Shown: positions 32,586 through 41,085 of the stretch, one piece after another
How the letters are laid out: every line of letters begins with the position of its first letter
Position numbering within the stretch: the stretch's first letter is position 1
Source of the DNA: Sulfuricaulis sp.
GTDB lineage: Bacteria; Pseudomonadota; Gammaproteobacteria; Acidiferrobacterales; Sulfurifustaceae
Reading direction: 5' to 3'
DNA length: 63,252 nucleotides
NCBI GenBank assembly: GCA_024654125.1
Contig: JANLIC010000007.1
Span: 1 to 63,252, forward strand
Notes under the pieces: generated by a model
The model's database searches: none
Told to the model about the DNA's origin: nothing
What the model saw: the letters and a program-made list of their open reading frames with translations, nothing else
Translations under genes and position numbers: made by a program

Positions 32586-34091
32586 TCATTCGATCGTGAG
32601 CTCCATCCATTGCGAAACGGATTTCTGCCCATTGCGGTCTCCGGCATCGCCATCCCACGCGGCAATGGCGACGGGGAGAATTTTTCTTTGGCGCAGCGCC
32701 GGGGCCGAATCAAGCGTCTGTCGCATGACCACCACCCACACGCCGTTGCGCCATACGCCGCGTCCTTCCACGGTCTGATCCGTGGCCGACAAACTTGTTA
32801 AAGTGCCGAATCCCTTTGCCGCCAGCACCTCGACGGGCGTACTGTGTTGGCGGGTCGAGAGGGGATTGGCCGCCGCGAGACCGGCAAGGTATATCCTATC
32901 GCTGGTGTGGTCGGCCGGTGATGTCATCCGGTCCATGGTGACACCGTATTTCTGTACGACGTCGCGAAAACCTTTCTTCATATCGGCTTCCCAATCTGCC
33001 TTCCAATGCCAGATCGTTACCACATCCTTGTCATCCCCCATACCGATAAAGGGGATGCCGACGTAATCGCTTGGCTTCCCCTGCGGGATATACTGCATCG
33101 CGATCCCATCGCGGAAATCCCGCGGTCTGATGACTTCGTCATTCCCTCTGATGTCGCGCCATTCGAATCGGAATGCGGCCATCTTCGGACCGATCACGGT
33201 TTGCACCTTCACGGAGTCCACCCAAGTGTCCCTGGCCCAAAGCGGACGCAGCGGGACGACCGTCGCGGGCGACTGCTTCCATACGGGATCATCACTATCA
33301 AGGGGCGGATCGACCGACGCCTTCACGGCGCGCAAGGTCGGCGTGCTCTCGGGCGCGGTAGTTTTCGTACCCGCGGGCGAAAGCGACTGGATGTAATGGA
33401 CCAATTGCCAACGTTGCTTTTCTGTCAGTTCATCAATAAATGACGGCATCGGCGTCCCATCGAGACCGGTCATGAAGGTGCGGTAGATATCCTGGGGCGC
33501 GGCGCCGCCTTTCATCAGGCCGGGGCCACGGGTGAAATCGTAGGGACGGATCGGGCGCTCCCAATCGTCCGTAAGTTTTGCGGCCGATGGCCCGTCGCCC
33601 CTGCCCCGTGGACCGTGACACTTATTGCACTCCATCTCCTTGTACACCTTACGTCCGGCCTGCACGCTTTCTTTGGTCAACCGCGGCGGAGACTTGATGG
33701 CAATCGGCGGCTCCATCGCGCCCTGGTCCGCGAAGATATCCGAGAAAGATTTCACGTATTTGATAACGTCCGTGAGTTCTTTTTCCGACAGGCGGTCCCA
33801 GGGAGGCATGGACGTGCCGGGTACGCCGTGCTTCAACGTGCGCAGCAGATCCTGGTCGGTCGGCGGCGAACCCGTCGGCGTACTCCGGAACTTGTACACG
33901 CCGCGGGTAAAATCCCGTGGTTTCGGCGACAGCAGATAAGCCGCGGGGCCGTCGCCATCGCCTTTTTCGCCGTGACAGGCGGTACAATGTCGCTGATAGA
34001 GTTTCTCCACCTCCTGACCGGCCGCCAGAGCGGTCGCAGAGGACAGAAAGAGCCCCGCCATTACTAGTATTGAAAGTATGGTTCGCCGCAT
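32586..34091 (-). CDS. Periplasmic diheme cytochrome c fused to an EB_dh-like heme b domain; NxrC candidate
   Basis: Sec signal; CTACH, CNKCH; FRDGIAMQY...IGMG...IWHWKADW...GFGTLT...AWDGDAGDRNGQKS. Confidence 0.8.
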   Translation of the reverse strand: MRRTILSILVMAGLFLSSATALAAGQEVEKLYQRHCTACHGEKGDGDGPAAYLLSPKPRDFTRGVYKFRSTPTGSPPTDQDLLRTLKHGVPGTSMPPWDRLSEKELTDVIKYVKSFSDIFADQGAMEPPIAIKSPPRLTKESVQAGRKVYKEMECNKCHGPRGRGDGPSAAKLTDDWERPIRPYDFTRGPGLMKGGAAPQDIYRTFMTGLDGTPMPSFIDELTEKQRWQLVHYIQSLSPAGTKTTAPESTPTLRAVKASVDPPLDSDDPVWKQSPATVVPLRPLWARDTWVDSVKVQTVIGPKMAAFRFEWRDIRGNDEVIRPRDFRDGIAMQYIPQGKPSDYVGIPFIGMGDDKDVVTIWHWKADWEADMKKGFRDVVQKYGVTMDRMTSPADHTSDRIYLAGLAAANPLSTRQHSTPVEVLAAKGFGTLTSLSATDQTVEGRGVWRNGVWVVVMRQTLDSAPALRQRKILPVAIAAWDGDAGDRNGQKSVSQWMELTIE

Positions 34092-34108
34092 GATTCTTTC
34101 TCTCGTGA

Positions 34109-35011
34109 TTACTCGAAATTTGGTTCGGTCGTTAATGCGCATGTCTCGCACCCTTTGGCATCGCCCTCCTCGACTGAGGCAAGGACGTTAACAGCGGTAA
34201 GGGTGGTGGGTGGAGCAATGCCAAGGACCCCTCGTTCGGCGGGGACAAATGCCGCCAGGAAGGCGCCGATCGCGCCTTGAAAACTTTTCGGCGGCGAGGT
34301 CAGGTCCCGTTCATCCCTGATCCCATCCGCCTTCTGGCGCAGCGCCAGGGCGAACGCAGTTGTCCACCAGGCCAAATGATCCCGAAAAAAGCTGACTTGA
34401 GCGTCCCGGCAGAGGCTCGCGTTGTCTTCGTCTCCCTGCTCCCAGGCATAGAGGGTCTTGGTGTTCAGCCAGGCCATAAATTCCAGCTCAAGGGCGATGT
34501 GGTCGTGCCGTTCAGGGGATTGATGGGAGGGCTCCAATCCAAAGGCGCGATAATAACCGGCGATGTCTCCCAGTTGCTGGGAACGATAAACCGAGAAGGT
34601 CTGGGGACAATATTCTGTTTCGTAAGGGGGGCACTCTCTGGAAACGAGGAGACCAAAAACACGGTCGAATTCTTCTCTAAAGTCCTCTTTAGGTTGCCGA
34701 AGAAAGGAGATGAGTGGCGCAAGATCCAGCGCCTCCAAGGCGATCTCGCCAGGCGCCAGGCTATCGGGAAAGGCCCGAGGATCTTTTTGAATGGCCGCGA
34801 CAGCCGCCTGAGCCAGTTCCTGGAAACCCGGATCGAGCAGCCGTGCCGACCTTTCAGGCTGCGGCTTCAAGGTAGCCAGGGAAAGGAATTGGTAAACGGT
34901 TACTCTGGCTCGATCAAGGACATGGATGCCCTCATTCGACCCCGCGCCGGCCTGATTCATTTTCTTTTCATTCGTTGCAGAAGCGGACAGATTCATACCG
35001 CGCACCGGCAC
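34109..35011 (-). CDS. TorD/DmsD/NarJ-family molybdoenzyme maturation chaperone
   Basis: CPPYETEY, DIAGYYRAFGL, ERHDHIALELEFM, FFRDHLAWW; directly after nxrB. Confidence 0.88.
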   Translation of the reverse strand: MPVRGMNLSASATNEKKMNQAGAGSNEGIHVLDRARVTVYQFLSLATLKPQPERSARLLDPGFQELAQAAVAAIQKDPRAFPDSLAPGEIALEALDLAPLISFLRQPKEDFREEFDRVFGLLVSRECPPYETEYCPQTFSVYRSQQLGDIAGYYRAFGLEPSHQSPERHDHIALELEFMAWLNTKTLYAWEQGDEDNASLCRDAQVSFFRDHLAWWTTAFALALRQKADGIRDERDLTSPPKSFQGAIGAFLAAFVPAERGVLGIAPPTTLTAVNVLASVEEGDAKGCETCALTTEPNFE

Positions 35012-35023
35012 GTCAATAGAGCG

Positions 35024-36310
35024 CTAAATGGAGTTGACATGATTCTTCGGCCGTTCGAAGGTAGGCTCTTCGACCGTGATGCGAACAATTTCCTGGCCCT
35101 GTTTGTTGTAACCGATAACGGTATCATTGAATATCTCCTGAACCGCCTTCTTCCCGGATGGCAGTGTGTTTTCGATCTCGGCAACCTTTTTGCCTTTGTC
35201 GATCTTGAACTTGAAAATGACCTTCTGCGTGGCGCGAAACAGCTGAAGCACCGCCAGCAGTTCCCGGTCGGGATTGGAGTATTGTTCAATGGCCTTCTCG
35301 ACACCGGGGCCGAACATCTGCACCAGGTAGCCGCGTGGCACCCAGCGCGGCGGGATGTAATAGCCATTCGGCTCGGTGCCGAACTGGGGATAGAGCGGTA
35401 GCGCGATTTCGCGCTCGCGCACAAGATAATTTATCGGATTGTCCGGATCCTTCGCCCATTTTCCGTCCGCGGTCTTCTTCACCAGCCCCTGAAGGCGGAT
35501 CTTGCCCACGCAGGCGGTCATGCAACGCGTTTCCAACGGGGATTTGTCTTCGCTCAGGGTCGGGTCCTTGCCTTCGATGCGCGGATAGCAGGCGATGCAC
35601 TTTTCGCTGATCCGGGTGGTCGAGTTGTACATGGGCTTTTTGTACGGACAGGCCTCCACGCACTTGCGGTATCCCCGGCAGCGCTCCTGGTCGATCAGAA
35701 CGATGCCGTCTTCGGGCCGTTTATAGATGGCGTTACGAGGACAGGCAGCCAGACACGCGGGGTAGGTGCAATGGTTGCAAAGGCGTTGCAGATAGAAGAA
35801 CCACACCCGGTGCTCGGGCAACTCGGCGGAATAGCCCCACTGATCCTTTCCCCGGATCTTTCCCGTGGCGGTCTCTTCGTGGATGTTGGGGCTTGTCCAT
35901 TCCTCTTCGGCGGGGATATAGCCCAGGGCGCGCATGGACCCATCGGCGGAAAGATGGTTTTGGGCGGCCTCGAAAATGGTTTTACCCTTGAATTCGCCGT
36001 AGGGATTTTCCGGGGACTTCTCTTTAGTTCGCCACACCTGCCCATCGGGATCTTCCTTTGCGAGCATCGCCAAAAGCTTGGCGTCCCAATTGTGTGGATA
36101 GCCGCCATAGGGCTTGCTCTCCACGTTGTTCCACCACATGTATTCCTGTCCCTTGGCGAAGGTCCAGGTGGACTTGCAGGCCATGGTACAAGTCTGACAG
36201 GCGATGCAGCGGTTGATGTTGAACACAAAGGCGAACTGCCATTGTGGATGCGCTTCCTCGTGCGGATAACTCATCCCTCGCCCGAGCTGCCAGTTATAAA
36301 CGTTAGCCAT
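35024..36310 (-). CDS. nxrB: Nitrite oxidoreductase / nitrate reductase beta (Fe-S) subunit, Nitrospira/anammox type
   Basis: MANVYNWQLGR.MSYP...WQFAFVFNINRCIACQTCTMACKSTWT, CNHCTYPACLAACP, CRGYRKCVEACPY, CIACYPR, LPLYPQFGTEPNGYYIPPRW. Confidence 0.92.
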   Translation of the reverse strand: MANVYNWQLGRGMSYPHEEAHPQWQFAFVFNINRCIACQTCTMACKSTWTFAKGQEYMWWNNVESKPYGGYPHNWDAKLLAMLAKEDPDGQVWRTKEKSPENPYGEFKGKTIFEAAQNHLSADGSMRALGYIPAEEEWTSPNIHEETATGKIRGKDQWGYSAELPEHRVWFFYLQRLCNHCTYPACLAACPRNAIYKRPEDGIVLIDQERCRGYRKCVEACPYKKPMYNSTTRISEKCIACYPRIEGKDPTLSEDKSPLETRCMTACVGKIRLQGLVKKTADGKWAKDPDNPINYLVREREIALPLYPQFGTEPNGYYIPPRWVPRGYLVQMFGPGVEKAIEQYSNPDRELLAVLQLFRATQKVIFKFKIDKGKKVAEIENTLPSGKKAVQEIFNDTVIGYNKQGQEIVRITVEEPTFERPKNHVNSI

Positions 36311-36331
36311 AGTCACGATCTCTCTGCAAGG

Positions 36332-36679
36332 TTATTTCGGTTTTCTTTCGACGAAATGCAATGTTTGCGTCGGTTGGGCCTCGCTGACCTTGAAATGAAA
36401 GACGCCACACCGCTGTAAGGTCTGTTCGATGCATTCGTGGACGGCTTCGCGGCCTAATTGTTTTGCCAAGCCATGCGACGCCAGAAAAAACGGGTTCTCG
36501 AACAGCCGCGCAATCTGATTTGCATTCCAACCCATGCGGGCGAACTCCTCGATCAGGCACTGCAGCATCACGCGTTGATCCCCCGCCACCGACTCGGCCT
36601 GCATTTGCATCGGATCATCCGGCTCGGAGGGCTTTGGCGATCCGGTACCGACCGCCCCGGAGTCTTTTGAATAAGTCAT
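36332..36679 (-). CDS. Hypothetical protein between nxrA and nxrB
   Basis: 115-aa ORF tightly packed in the operon; PDDPM...IEEFARMGW...LFENPFF...H. Confidence 0.7.
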   Translation of the reverse strand: MTYSKDSGAVGTGSPKPSEPDDPMQMQAESVAGDQRVMLQCLIEEFARMGWNANQIARLFENPFFLASHGLAKQLGREAVHECIEQTLQRCGVFHFKVSEAQPTQTLHFVERKPK

Positions 36680-36685
36680 CGCCGG

Positions 36686-39600
36686 TTACGCCTCTTTAAT
36701 GAAACCGCCGGCGAGATACCTGCGCATCGCTTCGGATTCGGTTCCCGGTGAGTGTCCCGTGGTCGCGGGTTGCCAAACACCCTTGCCATTAAGCCCACCG
36801 TCTTCCGCTTTGGTGATACGGACAAGTGTCTCTTTGGGAACCGTGTTGACGCCGTGGTTGTCGACCGCGAAACCGAATACGAATCTCATCGCCCCGGTAT
36901 CCTTGTGGAACAGGGTATCGGTCTGGTGCATGGGCATAAGCCAGCTTCGGGTAATGCTTTGGTGTGAGCCATAACGGTAATTGGACTGATAACCGGTATC
37001 CTTGGCCAGGGCGCGGCCGTCCGGCCGGCTCTCGTGAGCCTTGACGGTGCGTTCGGTGCCAATCCACCCGGTGTGTTTCATAATCGTCATGGCGTAGGGC
37101 AGGGATGGGTTAAACTTGAGCCTCACCAAACAACGGAACGCCCGGGAGCGAAAGTTCTCCTTGCTCATCTTCCAGCCGACATAGGGACGATCGGCGGGAT
37201 TGGCATCGACATAGACGTAATCGCCCTCTTTGAAACCACTGTCCTTGGCCGCTTGGGGGTTCATCTGAATCTGCCGGTCACTGACTCCGGGGGCGCGTTT
37301 GTCCTTGCGGTAGGGATCGCTGAAACTGGTACTCCAGATCCAGTTCCAGTCCACGGTGGACCAGGAGGAGTGGGTGGTGTGCCGGCTCTTGGGCGTCGAG
37401 CAGAAGAAGCGGTATCCCTGCGCCCACAGCGGATTAACGGTTTTCTTGACCTTACTCCACGGCATCTTGACGTTGCGCACGGTCCGCAGATCCGCATCCA
37501 TCGCATCCAGGGGAATTCCATAGTTATTGGGACGGATGTAGGGACTGCTCGAGACAATGACATTGGGAAGATAAGGCGTTGCCTCAGTCCCTTCCCGGTG
37601 GACCATCAGGTTCTCTCCGTACTCGATGGCCTCAGGCAGATCGCAATAGGCGGACATCCGGCCGTGATCCGTATAGAACGGTATACTGTCATTAAGCTGT
37701 TCGTAAAACGGCACCCGCGGGTAGGTACGGAACAACATCAGGGCCGCCCCCGGTTCCCCGCCGTACTCACCTTTGAGTATCTTATCGAGCTGGTAGGGAC
37801 CGTCTTTGCCACGGGTCGTGGTGCAGTTGTCCAGCACCCGCTGAATATAAACCCCGGCCTTCTTCTCGGTGATGTATTTCCAATAGTCGGCAAAGCGGCG
37901 GTCACCGGTGGTCTTGGTCAGGGCGCGGCCCACGCCGGCGAAGATTTCGGCATCGTCCTTGGAGTCGTGGACCGGCTTGATGCCGTTGCCGCCCCAGACC
38001 TGGAGGAAGGGGTTGGAACAGGAGCCGCCGATCTCCAGGTCCTGGAACTCGACCCAGGAGTTGGCCGGCAGCACGATATCCGAGTACTCCGCCGAGGCGG
38101 TCCATTCCACCTGCTGATCGACGATCATATCGATCTTGGGAAAGACGTTGACGATCAGGTGGTAGACCCACTTGGCCTGATTGATCAGGTTGGCATTGTT
38201 GTACCACATGAGCTTGGTGGGGGTCGGCATATGGGTTTTGCCGGTGAAGACCTTCCGACCCTTGGGGGTGTCAACGATTAGCGGCGTTTCACCGTGACCC
38301 CAGAAGGCCACGTCTTCACCATAGGTGTAGTTGTGCAGGTGCTCGTGATGATCCATGCGAACCTTTTCATCGAGCACCGGTTGGAAGGGGTTCTCGTGGC
38401 TGTAAGAACCGACGCCGGGTCCGCTCCAGGATGAGGCCTGAAACAGCGCACCTTTATAGTTTCCGGCCCAGGTAAAGACGCCGGCGCCATGCTTACCGAA
38501 GTTCCCGGTTAACATTAACGGCAGATGGCAGGCCCGATTGTGCAGGGTGCCATGGAAATAATGGTTGGTGCCCTCGCCGTGGTGGAGGGATACCGGATGG
38601 CCGGCCTTGCTGGTCTCCCAGATGTCCCGCGCCAGGCGCTCCACAAGTTTGGGATCGGCGCCGCTGATCTCTTCCACGGTTTTAAGGTCGTAGTCCTTGA
38701 GATGACGCTTATACATCTCATAGGCCGGCATCACCTCAACATCTTTGCCGTCCACCGTCCGCACCTTGAAGACACCGGTGAGGGCGGCATTCATATTCGC
38801 CTTGTCACCCACTTCCTCACGGCTGATGGCGACCACTTGGCCCGCCTTGGCGTCCCAGATGGTGAAATCACCAATCCGTTCCCGCTGCTTATCCGTCAGG
38901 CCCTGGATCTTATAAGAGGGGCCGTCGCGCAGGTCCTTGGCTTTGTATCCCCGAATGACGTCTTCGGGCCGTAAACGGCGCAGCGTATCGGTACGTACCA
39001 ACAGCGGGAAGTCGGTGAACTGCTTCACGAATTTCTTATCGACCCAGTCGTTGTCCATCAGGATCTTGGTGATCGCCAGTAGCACCGAGGTGTCAGAGAG
39101 TCCGGGCCGGGTCCCGATCCAATAATTGGCCTTGGCCGAGGGCGCGTTATAGTCGGGGGTGATAGTGACAATCTTGCCGCCGCGCTCCATGATCTCGTTG
39201 AGCCAGTGTGACTCCGGCATCTTGTTCTCGACGAGGTTCTTGCCCACCTGGATGGTGAGCTTGGAAAAGCGCAGGTCGGACATATCGATGTCGGAGGTCT
39301 GCAAGCCGTGAACGAACGGCTGACCCGGGGCCTGGTCGCCGCGCCAGGTATATTCCGTCCACTCGCGCGAGCCCTGGGCCTGTTCAGGCGTCGCACCACG
39401 GGCGTGATGATCGACCAGGGCCATCATGTTGGCAAAACGAAACAGGCCGAATTTACCGATTACCCCATGCAGCGGAAGCGACGACCCGATCTTCATGGTG
39501 CGCGTGCCCGCGCCGTGCCAATGTTCCAGCATTTCCTTTTCGTAGCCGTCCTTCATAAGCCGGCGCTTGCCTTCGTCGCCGCTGTAGGTTCGGCCCACGG

Positions 39601-40234
39601 CCAGCAGGCCCCGGGCGCAGTAATCCGACACCTCTTCCCAGGAAACGCGTACGAAGGTGTCATTGCCACGATCGTCAAACTTGTATTTTGACCGCAATTC
39701 GGGATTGTCGGAGAGCGAGGGAAAATCGGCATCGGCCCAGGCCTTCCATCCTTTTCGAATCACCGGCCCGCTAAGACGATACGGGCCGTAGACCCGGCGC
39801 TGAAACGTATAGCCCTTCAGGCACCCGCGGGGATTCCAGGATTGGGTGGTCTTATTACCATAGAGATCGCCGCAGCGATCGTGATCGTAATTTTGCTCGC
39901 TGCGGATCATGACCCCGTTGCGGACAAATGCCCGCATGCGGCACATATGGGTATCGTTCGGCGCGCAGATCCAGGTGAAACTGTTATCGTAACGGTATTG
40001 ATCCAGGTAGACCTTTTCCCATCCGCGGTTTGGATAGTGTTTTAAGGGATTGTCGATACTGGGAACCGCCACCAGTGACGCCAGCACATCTTTGCAGCTG
40101 AGGGCCGTCGCCACGCCCGCGGTCCCCGCCGTCAGGAGTTGCAGGAATCGACGCCGGCTGAGATCTAATTGGTTATTCGCGGCGTCCCCCTTGCCAGAAG
40201 CGGGGACCTCTTTCGGCTGATTTTCGTCTGACAT
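36686..40234 (-). CDS. nxrA: Nitrite oxidoreductase / periplasmic nitrate reductase alpha subunit (Mo-bisPGD, DMSO reductase type II), Nitrospira/Nitrospina/anammox type
   Basis: Tat signal SRRRFL; FS0 motif CAPNDTHMC...NPRGCLKG; RVYGPYRL; YTWRGDQ with the Mo-ligand Asp; TPKSRHTTHS; NTVPKETLVRITKAE. Confidence 0.92.
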   Translation of the reverse strand: MSDENQPKEVPASGKGDAANNQLDLSRRRFLQLLTAGTAGVATALSCKDVLASLVAVPSIDNPLKHYPNRGWEKVYLDQYRYDNSFTWICAPNDTHMCRMRAFVRNGVMIRSEQNYDHDRCGDLYGNKTTQSWNPRGCLKGYTFQRRVYGPYRLSGPVIRKGWKAWADADFPSLSDNPELRSKYKFDDRGNDTFVRVSWEEVSDYCARGLLAVGRTYSGDEGKRRLMKDGYEKEMLEHWHGAGTRTMKIGSSLPLHGVIGKFGLFRFANMMALVDHHARGATPEQAQGSREWTEYTWRGDQAPGQPFVHGLQTSDIDMSDLRFSKLTIQVGKNLVENKMPESHWLNEIMERGGKIVTITPDYNAPSAKANYWIGTRPGLSDTSVLLAITKILMDNDWVDKKFVKQFTDFPLLVRTDTLRRLRPEDVIRGYKAKDLRDGPSYKIQGLTDKQRERIGDFTIWDAKAGQVVAISREEVGDKANMNAALTGVFKVRTVDGKDVEVMPAYEMYKRHLKDYDLKTVEEISGADPKLVERLARDIWETSKAGHPVSLHHGEGTNHYFHGTLHNRACHLPLMLTGNFGKHGAGVFTWAGNYKGALFQASSWSGPGVGSYSHENPFQPVLDEKVRMDHHEHLHNYTYGEDVAFWGHGETPLIVDTPKGRKVFTGKTHMPTPTKLMWYNNANLINQAKWVYHLIVNVFPKIDMIVDQQVEWTASAEYSDIVLPANSWVEFQDLEIGGSCSNPFLQVWGGNGIKPVHDSKDDAEIFAGVGRALTKTTGDRRFADYWKYITEKKAGVYIQRVLDNCTTTRGKDGPYQLDKILKGEYGGEPGAALMLFRTYPRVPFYEQLNDSIPFYTDHGRMSAYCDLPEAIEYGENLMVHREGTEATPYLPNVIVSSSPYIRPNNYGIPLDAMDADLRTVRNVKMPWSKVKKTVNPLWAQGYRFFCSTPKSRHTTHSSWSTVDWNWIWSTSFSDPYRKDKRAPGVSDRQIQMNPQAAKDSGFKEGDYVYVDANPADRPYVGWKMSKENFRSRAFRCLVRLKFNPSLPYAMTIMKHTGWIGTERTVKAHESRPDGRALAKDTGYQSNYRYGSHQSITRSWLMPMHQTDTLFHKDTGAMRFVFGFAVDNHGVNTVPKETLVRITKAEDGGLNGKGVWQPATTGHSPGTESEAMRRYLAGGFIKEA

Positions 40235-40338
40235 CGTATTCGCACCTCACTGTTTCGTGGTGTTAAACTTTATTCTTGCCGCCTTCATCATCCGGTCCTT
40301 ATCCGATCCTTACGGATGAAGGTAAAAAAAACTACCAC

Positions 40339-40362
40339 GTGCCGGTGACAATCCAGTAACAC
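40339..40362 (-). promoter_or_regulatory. Candidate operator box 2, upstream of nxrA
   Basis: Minus strand GTGTTACTGGATTGTCACCGGCAC, 22/24 identical to box 1, followed by TGGTAGTTT (extended -10-like). Confidence 0.7.
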
Positions 40363-40471
40363 TCAGCATTACCGTTCCCTCCGTTGAAACTTTTCTCACC
40401 CTTGCGCCTTTAATAATGACGGCGGGCTGGGTTCGACATGCCCGCCGATAGTCGCCGGGCATCGCCGCCAG

Positions 40472-40490
40472 GTGTTACTGAATTGTCACC
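40472..40490 (+). promoter_or_regulatory. Candidate operator box 3, upstream of the Usp/radical-SAM operon
   Basis: GTGTTACTGAATTGTCACC followed at the same spacing by TGGTAGT. Confidence 0.7.
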
Positions 40491-40542
40491 AAGCTGTGGT
40501 AGTAACTGTGCACAGCCCCTGGAGGAGCGGAGATAATTCATC

Positions 40543-40770
40543 TTGGAATCGTTCGTTGCGCGGGTCTGGCTGGAGTACGGGCAAAATGGGGAACCGATAT
40601 GGCGCGGGCATGTCCGGCATGTCCAGAGCAGCCGCGAGGCCTACTTTCAAGACCTGCGGGAAATGAGCAAATTTCTGGAGCAAGTGAGTGACGTGCCCGG
40701 GCCTTTGACCGAGCGGACGACGGAGGCGCGAGGGGGCGGCGATTCCCCATCTCAACGGCGCCGGAGGTAG
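40543..40770 (+). CDS. Small hypothetical protein (75 aa)
   Basis: SFVARVWLE...WRGHVRHVQS...YFQDLREMSKFL looks protein-like; TTG start with GGAG upstream. Confidence 0.6.
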   Translation: MESFVARVWLEYGQNGEPIWRGHVRHVQSSREAYFQDLREMSKFLEQVSDVPGPLTERTTEARGGGDSPSQRRRR

Positions 40771-40976
40771 GAAACGAAACAGTCGAGGGACGAATCACGA
40801 CCGGTCGGGCACATACATGCGCGCGCTTTCCGCGGCGGGATGGAAACAGGTGTGCCGAAACCCGTATGCCTATGACCGGGCCTTCAAGAGATACTTAAAT
40901 TAGCCCGACACGGCCGGTGGCAACCACGACAAGAAAACTTTTTGCGACAGACTCGAAATCGGAATTAAGACGGTTC

Positions 40977-41072
40977 ATGCGTCTTACCCCGTTCGACTAT
41001 GTCGTGCTCGCCGGTGGTTTGATCAACTTGATTGTGATGTGCCTGATAATTATTCATTGGATCTGGCGCTGA
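40977..41072 (+). CDS. 31-aa single-TM peptide, not in the ORF track
   Basis: MRLTPFDYVVLAGGLINLIVMCLIIIHWIWR; ends 13 nt before the Usp gene. Confidence 0.5.
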   Translation: MRLTPFDYVVLAGGLINLIVMCLIIIHWIWR

Positions 41073-41085
41073 GGTTAGAAAGGTC

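Noticed and set aside
36686-40234. Calling the molybdoenzyme a canonical cytoplasmic NarG
   Set aside because: It has a Tat signal and a Cys/Asp FS0 motif rather than the His-containing NarG motif, and there is no narI or narK.
40235-40540. FNR or NarL sites at the nxrA promoter
   Set aside because: There is no TTGAT-N4-ATCAA, and only isolated weak NarL-like heptamers.
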